Shown: positions 39,630-50,869 of the stretch, one piece after another
How the letters are laid out: every line of letters begins with the position of its first letter
Numbering within the stretch: the stretch's first letter is position 1
Assembly: GCA_030704615.1 (NCBI GenBank)
Contig: CM060732.1
Span: 21,886,001 to 21,950,000, forward strand
Direction of reading: 5' to 3'
Length of the DNA: 64,000 nt
Origin: Takakia lepidozioides
Lineage: Eukaryota > Plantae > Bryophyta
Position numbers and translations under genes: made by a program
The notes under the pieces: generated by a model
The model's input: only the letters and a program-made list of their open reading frames with translations
The model's database searches: none
Told to the model about the DNA's origin: nothing

Positions 39630-42301
39630 ATGATGCATACTATTGGCATCGCAGTCACACCTAAAGCAGAAGAATCTGATGGAGAGTCTTCTGATGAAGA
39701 GCAGTTACTTCCTCCTCTCGACGTTAAGGATGTCCCTGAGTCTGTTGTAATTAATGGAGCTTCACTATCTGTTGTTGGAGAGTTCTTTCATGAAACTTCT
39801 CCTCCGGATGATGCTGAGGCAGAAGTACCCCTTGGACTAGTTCCCGGTGTCCAATTTTTGCCTATTGATGAAGAAGAGTATCAGAAGGTCGTTAATGACC
39901 TAAGGCGGCCTAGTGCGAAGAATGAGAAGTGGGCAATGAATAAGTTCAACCAGTGGAGGACATTCTCTAATCAGGGTACCTTAACTAAATTTGAGGATTT
40001 AGAGCTTCAAGAATGTGCCAATCTTCTTGGTCATTATTTTAACATGCTATGCAAGGGCGTGGAGATCGCTATCCTACTGCAAGTATCATGAATATGTACG
40101 ACTCTTTCAACTGGCTTCTGAAAGCAGCTCGCGAGAAGCGGATGATTAGGACGAAAGTTCCTGAGCCAGAATTTAATATGAAAGATCATGCCTACTTTAT
40201 GCAGACCAATCGGTCACTTGTGGAAGCAATGAAGAGAGCTCGGGATTCTGGAGCTAACAAGGGGCAAAGAAAAGTTGATGGAATAACCTGGGAGGAAGAA
40301 TTGCAGATTCTTAATCATCCGAAACATCAAGTTGATACCGCTACAGGATGCCAAATGCGGTTCACTTATTACTGTTTCGTGTTGTTCTTGATTCGTGGTA
40401 ACGTCGAGCTGTACAATCTACTTGTCAGCGATTTTAGTCTTGAGATTGACGATAAGCAGAGACCATGCTTGAGGTAGGTTCTTTTTCAAAATTGTGGTTC
40501 CTGATGCTTTGCACTTCTTGCATGCTTTCTAGTCTCACTGATCGCAGATGTTTAATACACATCGTTTTTTGGCAGGTACGATGAGCGATTATCAAAAAAT
40601 TATAAGGTGTCCCTCTCCCCGTTTCAAGATGAGCATTTTCGTCCTGCTGTAATCTTGTATGACCCTGATGTGATCTCTACTTGGCAGCATTTGATGTCTC
40701 ACATGCCTCCTAATTGTAGCAGTCTTCATTTGTTCTTGTCTATCAAGCACAACACGAAAGATGTTGTATGGTTCAAAGAAAAAGTGAAATGTGGTGAGGG
40801 TTTCATGAGGAAATGGATGCGTACAATGGCCAGGAATTGTGGGATAGAACATGACATTAACAGGTCAGGGAGAGTGACGAGTATCACGAGAATGACTGCG
40901 AATAATACACCACCGGAGATCATGGCTTTGCTTACAGGCCATAGGAATATTAAAACCCTGGACAAGTACAATCGCATCAAAGGTTTGAAAGCTAAAGCTG
41001 CACATCAGGTTCTCAGACAACCCTATGATGATAATACCGGGGTTACTAATGGTTATCAGGGCCAATTGGAAGCAACCATGTGCAAATGGCACGCTGATCA
41101 AGTAAGACCTCCATTATCAGATATTGGGAATTCACAGACTGAAGCAGACCACTACTGTTCCAACTCCTTGTTGCCATTTCAGGCTTCTCAGCCTTTATTC
41201 CAGGCTTCACAGCCTCTGTTTCAGCCACCTGTAAGTCAAGTTCCATACCATCCAATTCAGGCAGCTGCACTTTATGTTTCCCAATGTCCTCAGCGTCCAA
41301 AGTTTGTAGCTCCTCCTGTTATGTTGAGTGGACGTCCAGCTCAGTTTGGATCTAGGTCTGGCAATTCATGTGGAAACATTCGTCCTTATCCTCCTCATCC
41401 TCCACTTATGCAAGCGAGTAGGCCTACTGGTCATGTTAGACCTAGTTCAATTCCACTTCAGATTGGTGGACCCACTCAGTTTCATTCTCGACCTCCTCAG
41501 ATAATTGGTGGGCCCTCTCAGTTTAATCCATGTCGACCCCAGATTGGTTATAGATCACCATCTCAATTGAATCTGGAACCATCTCAGTTGCAACCTCAGT
41601 TTGGTGGATCACCCTCTCAGTTGAATCCAAGTAGCTTTCCATCTCAATTGCGACCTAAGATTGGTGGATCACTTTCTTTGACACCTACTTCTTACGTTCA
41701 TCAGCCATTGAGAGGTCTTACTCCAGAGATTATGTCTACTTCTCCTCAGATTTCTCCTTGTGAGCCAATGAAGCAAGCTCTTCCAACAAGAATAGATAGA
41801 AGGAAAGACAAGATCCTGGGTATGATGATTGATGATTGTTCTGTACATTCAGAGAAGATTGCAAAATTTCGAGAAGAGATTGAAGCATGTCGGTCTTTGG
41901 ATTGGTCTGATGAATGTCAGACTATTGAGGCTACTCATGAGCCTCCTATCAGCTCTAAGTCGTCTATTATGAAAGATGTTTCTCAGGTTGTTGGCACTTC
42001 TGGACATGCTACTACGGTTCGAGCTGGTCATGCTCAGGCAGCTCTTACACCCCCTTCTAGTTCAGTATCTATTTCCGATGTTGTATCTAACAGTGAAATT
42101 TCCAGTGACAGACCAGCAGCTGTTGTTCCTTTCAATGCAGCACGTCCAACAGTGGGTGCGCCTTCTGGTTATGATGGAATCGGTCGAAGGAGTTCTATGG
42201 TCAATTTTGGGCCAAATTTCAATGGTCATATGGGGAATGCAGTGTTCCATTTTCATTTTGGTGATGCTTCACAGACAAAAGAATATTTCTCAAGCAATTA
42301 G
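39630..42301 (+). CDS. Crypton/DUF3504-type tyrosine recombinase (~856 aa; one intron, one 1-bp frameshift)
   Basis: Exons 39630-40473 and 40576-42301 (GT-AG intron, frame-preserving); one G missing in GGG at 40055-40057. Motifs KWAMNKFNQW, G..YP..S, ITWEEE, FLIRG.E, YDE..SKN, VWF..G, NRSGRVT, TGHRN..LDKY; P/Q/S-rich tail. Confidence 0.8.
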
Positions 42302-42923
42302 TTGTTGTTGTTTGTACATGATAGGTGAATAATTTCCAGAGACAATTTTTTGAGATCCCTTTGATATAGAATGGGAGACATGTAGTTTTAGCACAATATT
42401 GATGGACAAAGACTGCAATGGCAAGTCGATACTCAATTCTTCACAATGATGTATATTGACTCTTGATAAAACTGTGTTACATTCTTATGAATGGCCTTGT
42501 CTACTTCTCATCAATGTCCAATGTAGAATCTTCAATATCTATATTCCAAACAATTGAGCACTGCGATCTCTTCTTCTTGGCGATTCTCCTAGTATTCACA
42601 GATCTGCAAGAGCTAGACTTCCTCCATTTTGATTTCTTGGATAGCATTATAGCCGTCATTTCTTGGTTAACATTGTAGGCTTCTTTAATTTATGAAGCTG
42701 GAGCTTTGAGTGCTGGAGTGCCTATCTCAGGCATCTCTCTACATTTCTCCATTTCCTCTATATTTCTGCATCCCCTGTAAGCAATGGTGTGGCACATTAG
42801 TACTCACTAGAGCAAAATTCTCTCATGGTGCACCGTCACATCTTCCTCTTGATCAATCTCGGCTGCCTTTGGCAATGGCATGTTTCGACGTTTTGACCTA
42901 CCTGTGAGTATATGTTCATCCAG

Positions 42924-42995
42924 AGAGGAGGGGGGTTATGGATACAGCTGGGCCAATTAGGTAGAGGAGGGGGGTTATGGATACGGCTGGCCCAA
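42924..42995 (+). repeat. Two-copy 39-bp tandem repeat with GGTTATGG core
   Basis: AGAGGAG-G run-TTATGGATAC(A/G)GCTGG(G/C)CCAA at 42924 and 42963. Confidence 0.9.
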
Positions 42996-43094
42996 CCAGG
43001 TCTCGGCATTCTATCTAGTCGCAGGTTGAGGAGGTGGGAAATTGGGAAGAAGGTCAAGGGTTATCGCCCATAACCGTCAGCCACTAGGGGCCAA

Positions 43095-43250
43095 ACACGT
43101 CATCGAACATCCTTCGCGTGCATCCTTTAGGCTCCCGCACTTAGCATGCACTTGGAATACATAGTACACAAGGATATTCTCCAGATTGATATACGGGAGC
43201 ATTCCAGCCTTGATCATATCAGCATGTACCTCTTTGCCCTTCTGCACTAG
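43095..43250 (-). pseudogene. PLS-class PPR fragment
   Basis: Reverse strand reads KGKEVHADMIKAG..AKCGSLKDAR..FD. Confidence 0.7.
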
Positions 43251-43404
43251 TGGTGGCTAGTGGCAGGATTTGGTTGCCTCGAATGCAAAATAATTTGTGT
43301 AATTGGCATTCAAACTTTTGAAAGAAATCTTTGAATGGAAAAGAAATCAAGAAAGAACTTCAGTAGGCTACAAAGTGGTTCACAAGGTCGTTCACTACGG
43401 CCTC

Positions 43405-43520
43405 AGCATGGCTGTGGTTGGGAGGCTTTGGAGATCTATGAGCAAATGATACAGAAACGTGTGAAGCCCAACAGGGTGACATTTATGTGCGTTCTTTACG
43501 CGCGTGCCAGCCTAGGATTT
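43405..43520 (+). pseudogene. PPR motif fragment
   Basis: QHGCGWEALEIYEQMIQKRVKPNRVTFMCVL..ASLG. Confidence 0.75.
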
Positions 43521-45464
43521 TTATCTTTTAAGTATGAACTGTTATTCTTAAAATTATAGTAGATTTCTAAGGACACACTTAGAATTATAATTAAACTAGG
43601 CTCGGACAGTTTGAACTTAAACTTAATTGTGGTGCAAATTATCCCAAGAACACACAAACTGCTAGACCTTGGAATAGTTCCGTTGAGCAGGATCATGCCC
43701 ACACGATGGAAATTATGCAATAGTTTTAATGTAAGTCCAGTTTTCAGTTCACAGACGCACGATGACTCTAAACCCAAATACATTAATATTTTCCTTGGCA
43801 ACCATGTTTACAAAGGCTGCATAGCTACCGAGTTACTGACTTATGCAGTGGAATGTATTGTGTTACCTACTTGATCTCCGTTAGCAAGCTGGCCCCAATA
43901 TACACTCCCAAAGCCTTTTTCTCCGAGCTTGTTGTCGTAGTTGAAGTTTTTTGTGGTTGTGTGTAGCTTTCTCTATGTGCCACGTGTTGCTCTTCTTCCC
44001 TTCGGCTGGCCTACACACAGGACCACATGTGCATAGATACATGTTCACTTAGTGAAAAGTAAGAGTTTTCAGGTCAGAAGATTGTGGCAGAGATCAGACT
44101 TAAGAGTTTTAAATTTTAATAAATCACTACATGATCCTTTTTGGAGAGGGATTGATACACTAAACATGAAAAAGATCAAGCAATTATGTGTACATTTGTC
44201 TGTTTGGATTGTTGCCACACATTATTAATTTCAGACTGGGGAGTTGCACTAGTTTAAGCGTGGTCAGTTTAGCTTGCTGAATCTTCTTTGGACGTAGAGA
44301 CTTCTAACGTGACCCTGCCTAGGAGAGAGAAAGAATATCAACATATTTTTTCTTTTCTTTTCTTTCGCTATACGCTGCATTGTGAATTCATGATGTGTAG
44401 TGATTAGTTTTGGTTAGCCTTCACTTAAAAAGTAATCTTAAATAATGGCAGGAGGCAACTGTCCGCCCTTCAGATCCCTGGTTAAATATATTCAGCCCAA
44501 GAGCTTTTCAAGGTGGTACTTTGATGTAGGCCTAAGAGTTTTCAGTAACCACAATAATCAGTAATCACTGGTGTTCTTGTCAACAAGTAACAATGATAAA
44601 TTGACTGATGTGGTCCAGATCCTATACATGGACATTTCTTTATCTCTGACATTGAGTGCTAGTTTCGATTCAGGCTCTGGGGGAGGTATGTATGGAGAAC
44701 AAGTTGCAATATAGAGCTGAAATCAAATCAAGTGAACTAATAGTACAATTCATCACTCTTTAAATCGGTTGTAATGTATGTCCAAGAGGACTATGGAGAT
44801 AATGCCTCGAGATTGACATGAGCCTGCATATATAAAGGCTCAACGCCTAAAACATTCTCGCGCCCAAACCTCAGAAAGAAGAGCTGGGACGAAAAGTGCA
44901 ACTATCTATCTGGAAAAACAAGGTACCTACCTGATTTATAAAGTATCTGACGGCTCGAGTCGGGCTTGCGTGCGCTACGCACGGTAGCTACCCCACGTGG
45001 CGTTGAGCTACTGGGGGTATCCTGTAGGCTACTTGCCCTCGACCCTGCGGGTCTCGGAGCGTAGGTAGGAACAGAATACCTCCCGCAGGGCGCTACCTAG
45101 TTCGTAGCAATTTGGTCGTCTCTCTCCTCTAGACGGCACCCACGCCTACAGCTTGTGAGAAATTCGGATTATGCAAAAAGCACTCCCAATCTGAGAAAAA
45201 ATGAAACCATTCAGCAGCACAAAATGGAAAACACCCATCCCATTCCATTTGTGGCTACAGAAAATATTTACAGACATAACAATATTATAGGTATGAGAAG
45301 CCATGAGCTGCTATGAAGTTATGCTTTTCTACATCTCAACCAAACGGCAGGAACAGGTATCGAAATTAGTAAGAACCAATTGTAGAAGCGGGACACTCGT
45401 TTTAATTTTTGGTGCTGCCAGCTGAGAAGATTCATTCCACACCAAAAGGATGAGAGGAAGTTTG

Positions 45465-45690
45465 TCTAACTTTTTGTTTTGTACTGTGTTGCAGATGTAT
45501 TCAAGAAGCTCCACAACCAAGCCCTTGATCACTCTGCCGGATTTTACATGATGTTAAATTGTGTTGCTAACATGGCGGCTGTGTATGCTGGTCATCTGAT
45601 AGCATTAGGCGGAACCGATTATGTGTACTCTGTGCATTTCCCACCTGTCGAACGTCCACCACTTGCACTAACAAAACTGTAGGATCGATT
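45465..45690 (-). pseudogene. RPA70 N-terminal OB-domain fragment
   Basis: VQVVDVRQVG..RFRLMLSD..H, MLATQFN, KGLVVELLEYICNTVQNKK, read across frameshifts. Confidence 0.75.
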
Positions 45691-48109
45691 ATTCGATAAT
45701 TCGATGACTCGATATGATATACATCAGGGAGCTTTAAACCAAAGCTGAATGAAAGAGTTTCATCATCTTTGCAAATCGTTACAGGTAACATAAATTAGGG
45801 TCCTTGCAAAAATTAGAGAGGCTTTTCATTGGCAAGGTCATTTTGATATGGATGAAAGCAAGTTTAATTTTATACTTTAAAAAAAGAAAAAAGAAAAAAA
45901 TAGAGACAGAAGTTATACACTATTACATGATTGCATTAGTGGTTATTATTCTACGCCATCAAATGCTGATAAGTTCAAAACCCAATTTGTTAACTTTTGG
46001 AATATTATAATTTAGTAATCAGTTAGGGTTTGAGATATAATTAAATAATTATGAACCCTAACTACCACACCCATATCTTATCATCTTCTTTCGTTTCAAG
46101 CTCATACTTTTTCTACTTGTAAAGACGACGATTTTAAGAGAGAAATGAAGTAGTTCAATGATATGGTTTAATTGAGTAGAAGTGTTGGAAGTAATATAAA
46201 CATATCTAGAAGGCCTAAGGTCTAGAAGACTAAGAGACTACCTTGTTTAACTTACATTGGAAGGTATGGTTATAAGGTGCTGAGTTCTGGACTTGAGCCG
46301 CTGAAATTGTGGCCTTGAGTAATAAACTATATATCATTTCATTAAAAACCTAAAGTAAAAATAAAATAAAATATTAATTTAAATTTAAAATTGAACATAA
46401 GATCAAAGTTCAATATAATTCTTTAAGTTATAAAAATACTTTATAATTGTTTAAAAAAAAAACTCAATGTTGAACTTTAACCGCTGAAGTTCTAGACTTC
46501 GCCTTGAGATGTCTTGAGTTTTATTTTGGATTTATGGTTCAATTTTATACTTAATAATAAAATGGACTTTCAAACCTAATTTTATTTATAACTTAAGGAT
46601 TTAGCTGACTGCATGACTTCAGCCGCTGAAGATTGCAACGTGATCCACTAACTGCAAACTACCAGTAATAATTGTTAAGTATTAGTAATAGAAAGAGCCC
46701 AGAAATTGCATATATCAAGCCTTAAACGCCTATGTGCCCCATCTCCTAGCGTGACATCTCTGCTGGGCAGTTGCAGGGTACGGTAGACCAAAAGAGGCAG
46801 ATTTTTCCTCTACAAAAGTCTATATAGGTACCTCAAATTGAAGGAATTTATCCAAATATTTAATTTTAGATGATAGATATGATATATTTAACACTTTTAG
46901 TCCCACCCCAAATAGGCTAGAATTTTTTTATTAGAAATTTTAGTATTTAACTCTGAAAAAATAGAATACTATTTTTTATTTCTAATAATTAGAGATTTTT
47001 GATTTTTTTCCATATATCACTTGGCACCTCTAGATTATGGGTTTTTACAACTTTTTAGTAATGATGATATCCCAAAAGCCTCTAAATGACGATGATGTAC
47101 ATTAGGAAAAATAGGCCCAGTTTGGGCCCAATGTTTACTATAAATTAGTCTATACTTCTCAATTCTTGATATTTTTAGTCCATATAAAAGTGCATTTGGG
47201 TAGCTTTGACACCTCTTACTTAGGTGTATATGATGTTTTTTTAGTCCATATGGTTTTTCATGTGTAACACTGTAGTCCATAAGATTCAACTTTAAGAGTC
47301 CATAGCTCTTAAGAAAAATCTAGATCTAAAAAAAAGATCTAGATAATCTTTTTTACAATAAAAAAAATTGGAGTATATCTCTACTGTAGTTACAAATCTT
47401 AGACCGTATAAACTTGTATGAAATATTGAGTTGTGATTTTACTATAAAAGGTACCATGAATGGAGGTCATTGTAGAAACTGCCATGTTACGTAGTTTTTG
47501 GTCTCAGTGTGGCCTACAACTACCATGTTGAATACCAGTAATAGAAAATATGTGGGAGTTGAATGTGTCTGGTACATGGTTTAAGTTAAATAGCTTTGTC
47601 TCGAATACATAAAATAACAAATATTATAATTATCAATTTTTTATGTTGATAATGGTGTGGTAGAAGAAATACAAAGATTATAAACAACAGCAAAGTGAGA
47701 GTTAAACATTCGAACTTTAACCATATAAGGTAGAAACATCCAAATATGAGCTGGTCTCAAAATGGACCCCTATTTTTGGGGTGTAAAGTGGTCCTGCCTG
47801 CCCTTAAATGGCGACCTTACTGCCAACGGGCTGATTTAGGTTCCTTCATGGGCATTGTGGGCCCCATGGTGCTTTGTTAGATGAACAAAAAATACTGTGA
47901 CCAGCGTATTTGCCAAATGGAGGCCTTTTATAGGATACCTTTTGCTCTTGTGGGCCGAGCTGTTGGGTGAGTTATTGGGCCATTTCAAGTGCACATCTCG
48001 TGCATATCAGGTCACATGTAGGCTTCATATTAGATAATATTTCAGTGAGTTATGGTACCCTCTATAGCTCAGGCATAGCATTTTTGTGCCCTGCCACTTT
48101 GATAATATA

Positions 48110-48905
48110 TATCAATTAGCCACTTCGTCCAAAATTCATGCAATTCAAACCACAAGCTGTTTGTTCAATTGCTCATCCAGTCATATAATGTTTCTCCTTA
48201 CTGCACCAATTGTACGGGCATATCTGCTTAAGCGCTCATACTTGGGTGTAACTACCTTATACACAATCACTTGTTCGATACAACATTTAAATACTATATC
48301 GTTGTTATTACATAAAAAAATATGTATTTGCAAACCACAACTTACAAGCAGCTAATATTTACGTTTTAATGAAATACATTCTAATCCAGAAACTTTTGAC
48401 ATAAACTTATTCATAGACACACAATTAAATAATTGCATGTGGCTGTTCATGGTAGCCATGATACAATGCTATTATATGACAAAACAATATTGTTAGTTAC
48501 ATTATATGAAATATTGGATATCTTTTGATGCTGAATGTATAATGGTCAGTTTCAACAAAAATACAAGAAGAGCTATCCACATTATTGTCATTCACAAACC
48601 TCTATCGCTTTCAATATCTACATTTTATTTTATTTACTAATAATTATTGCTAAAATACCAAATTTTTATTTTACCATTATCATGGGTGATTTTAGTATTA
48701 ATATGCTAAGAAATAATTCATCAATGTCAAAACAATTGTTGCAATTTATGAAGACGATTAACATGACACTTCAATTTATACAAACTATTACCGTCTATGG
48801 TTCACAATTGGATCACATTTGGACAAATACACCAAACCAACAATGCATATCCGGAGTTACAGAAGCATATTGGATAGATCACACACCTATGTACATAGGT
48901 TAAAT
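48110..48905 (+). mobile_element. Old Helentron endonuclease remnant
   Basis: IQHLNT, SFNKNTRRAIHII, TIIMGDF, GSQLDHIWTN, AYWIDH; homologous to 34050-34660. Confidence 0.75.
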
Positions 48906-48979
48906 CATCAAATGTTCACCTTAATATTATCTTATATATTCTATATTAGAGGGTGGAGTGACATTCTGTAGGAGGTCCA

Positions 48980-49950
48980 AGGTGATAAGCACTTTACTCA
49001 TTTTGGATTTTAATGGATTGCTCTGTGAGTCAGTGCATATTGGTGCCAATAACAGGGATGTTCCAAATGGTCTCGTGGGAAAAGTTTTTGGAAACAAGAT
49101 GGTGGTTATTATCAAGGACGAGAACTGGACTGAACATAAAAAGAGATCAGACTAAAGGTACAAGACTAGACAAGAAGTCAAGGTCGGCGTGGCCGAATGC
49201 ATGATGGATAAACATGAATCAAGATGATTTTTATAACAATGGACAAGAGTACAAGATATTGGAACTCGACTTGAATACTGGAATGTTGGAAACTGGACTC
49301 ACCAGATACTGGAAACTGGGCTAGAGTACTGGAAGGTGAACTGTAGTACTGGGACTGGAAACAAGAGTAGCTTGAACTTGTGTTGGCGAGATTGAAGAGT
49401 GTCCAGTCTCGCCTCCTATATATACTGGCTACTAGGAAATTCCCTAAGAAGCTTTCCCAATGGAGGTTTCTTGATGGAGAAGTTTTCACGGTTAAACAAA
49501 GGTTTTTTTATGGAGAGTTTCCTTAAACAAAAGATGTATCTTGATGGAGAAGTTTCCTCCAAATAAAGCTTCCTTAGCAGTTTCCCAAGTTACTCTCGGT
49601 AACTTGATAACTAATGGTAACTTATGATAAATCATGATAAATTACGATAAATCATGATAACTTTCGGTAATATGGTAACTTGATAACTTCTGGTATTTAC
49701 TCCATGACAGTTATGCGGCCTCGTGTCTTGACTTTTTATCCAAGTATTTTGAGCACTTCGAGGTTGCGATGCGGTCGTGTGTGCAACCTCAGAACTTTAC
49801 ACCTACTTGGAATTGACGATTCCGTGGCCGACATAACCTCTGTTTTGCTTGGGGTAAATCATTTTATGATCTGTCAACTCATCCAGATGTTAGCTCTGCT
49901 ACCAAACTTGTTTATTTCAAGAATTTGTCTACTATCTGGCAATCGATGTC
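48980..49950 (+). pseudogene. FCP1/NIF-homology (HAD) gene remnant split by a solo LTR
   Basis: LLILDFNGLL..NKMVV | MRP.CLDFLSKYFEHFEVA..LCFAWG..YFKNLSTIW; reading resumes right after the insertion. Confidence 0.65.
49110..49709. mobile_element. Solo LTR (600 bp)
   Basis: T(A)TCAAGGA...TCCATGACA inverted ends; 5-bp TSD GTTAT at 49105-49109 and 49710-49714; internal TACTGGAA and GATAA repeats. Confidence 0.8.
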
Positions 49951-50009
49951 ATCATCACTACTGCGATTAGGGGGAGTTAGTAACCCCCATGCCCCACCAT
50001 GCGGTTCGC

Positions 50010-50505
50010 AAGCGACGTTGGCGGCAATCGTTGGTATGACAATAGCTTAGAGGCCAAAACTAAAAAAATATCTAAGTACTTTTGAGCGACACAGCCGGGC
50101 GTATCGGCGACCCCTAGGACTCGCTACTAATAAGCAACACGGGAAAAAAAAAAAAAAAAACATATTTTTTTAGGCGACTTCCAAAGGCGTTGCGATAGGA
50201 TAACGACGTCCATTGCCATGCCAACAGCCTAGAGGCCACAATTTATACAATGACTAAATACTTTTGAGCGATGCGACCGGGCGTAGCAGTAAGCCTTCAG
50301 GGGGTCGATACTATAAAACAACACGATAAAAAAATTAAAAATAAAAAAACGTCGTCTTTTAAGGCGACTCCCTAGGGTTGCGGCAAAATAGTGACAGTAT
50401 AGGCGTCACTAGCCCGACAGCTTAAATGCCACAATTTACAAAATGACCAAGTACTTTCAAGCGATGCGCCCGGATGTAGTAGCGATCCCTAGGAGGTCGC
50501 TAAAA
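50010..50505. repeat. About three copies of a degenerate ~185-bp tandem repeat
   Basis: AGC(C/T)TA..GCCA..TACTTT..AGCGA..CCGG recurs at ~50044, ~50226 and ~50419; GCGAC/GTCGC-rich, like CACTA subterminal arrays. Confidence 0.7.
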
Positions 50506-50632
50506 CAGGTACTAAACTTCTCTCATCATTGAGCTCACGAATAAACATTACTACACAATTCATACAAGATGCGGTCGCAGTAAATTTGAAATACTTGTAC
50601 CAGCTTGTATCACAAAAAAAGTGTAATACAAA

Positions 50633-50698
50633 CTAGGTAGCGCCTCACTGATGGGCTACTACCCGGCTGTAGCAGCCCATAAGCGAGGCGCTACCTAG
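50633..50698. repeat. 66-bp foldback palindrome
   Basis: CTAGGTAGCGCCTC / GAGGCGCTACCTAG perfect arms, plus an inner ATGGGCTACTAC / GTAGCAGCCCAT pair. Confidence 0.85.
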
Positions 50699-50704
50699 CG
50701 TAGC

Positions 50705-50869
50705 GCACTGGTAAAGGGATCGACCCGGTCACCTGCCGATAGTACCTACCTGTAATTGTTTGGTCAGTAGGTAGGAAAAGCGGGAGAAGGTAGTTCTCTC
50801 CCTGATATAGCCTGGCGTCCTCTGAGCCAGTGGGAGAGTGACACGACGGTCAGATCCCTTTACCAGTGC
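50705..50869. mobile_element. MITE-like element with CACTG-type 17-bp TIRs
   Basis: GCACTGGTAAAGGGATC (50705-50721) and its perfect reverse complement (50853-50869); no clear TSD. Confidence 0.6.

Larger units (their letters stand above)
39310..43090 (+). mobile_element. Putative Crypton-like DNA transposon (boundaries tentative)
   Basis: YR gene with no RT; direct repeat CATAAC (39310, 43069); inverted pairs CCTTGACC/GGTCAAGG and CCCCTAG/CTAGGGG. Confidence 0.5.

Noticed and set aside
39630-42301. DIRS/Ngaro retroelement or phage integrase
   Set aside because: No RT, RNase H or gag nearby; it has a spliceosomal intron and DUF3504-type motifs.
46775-47803. AT-rich ~1-kb MITE with possible TIRs
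   Set aside because: Ends match only about 10/15 and no TSD was found.
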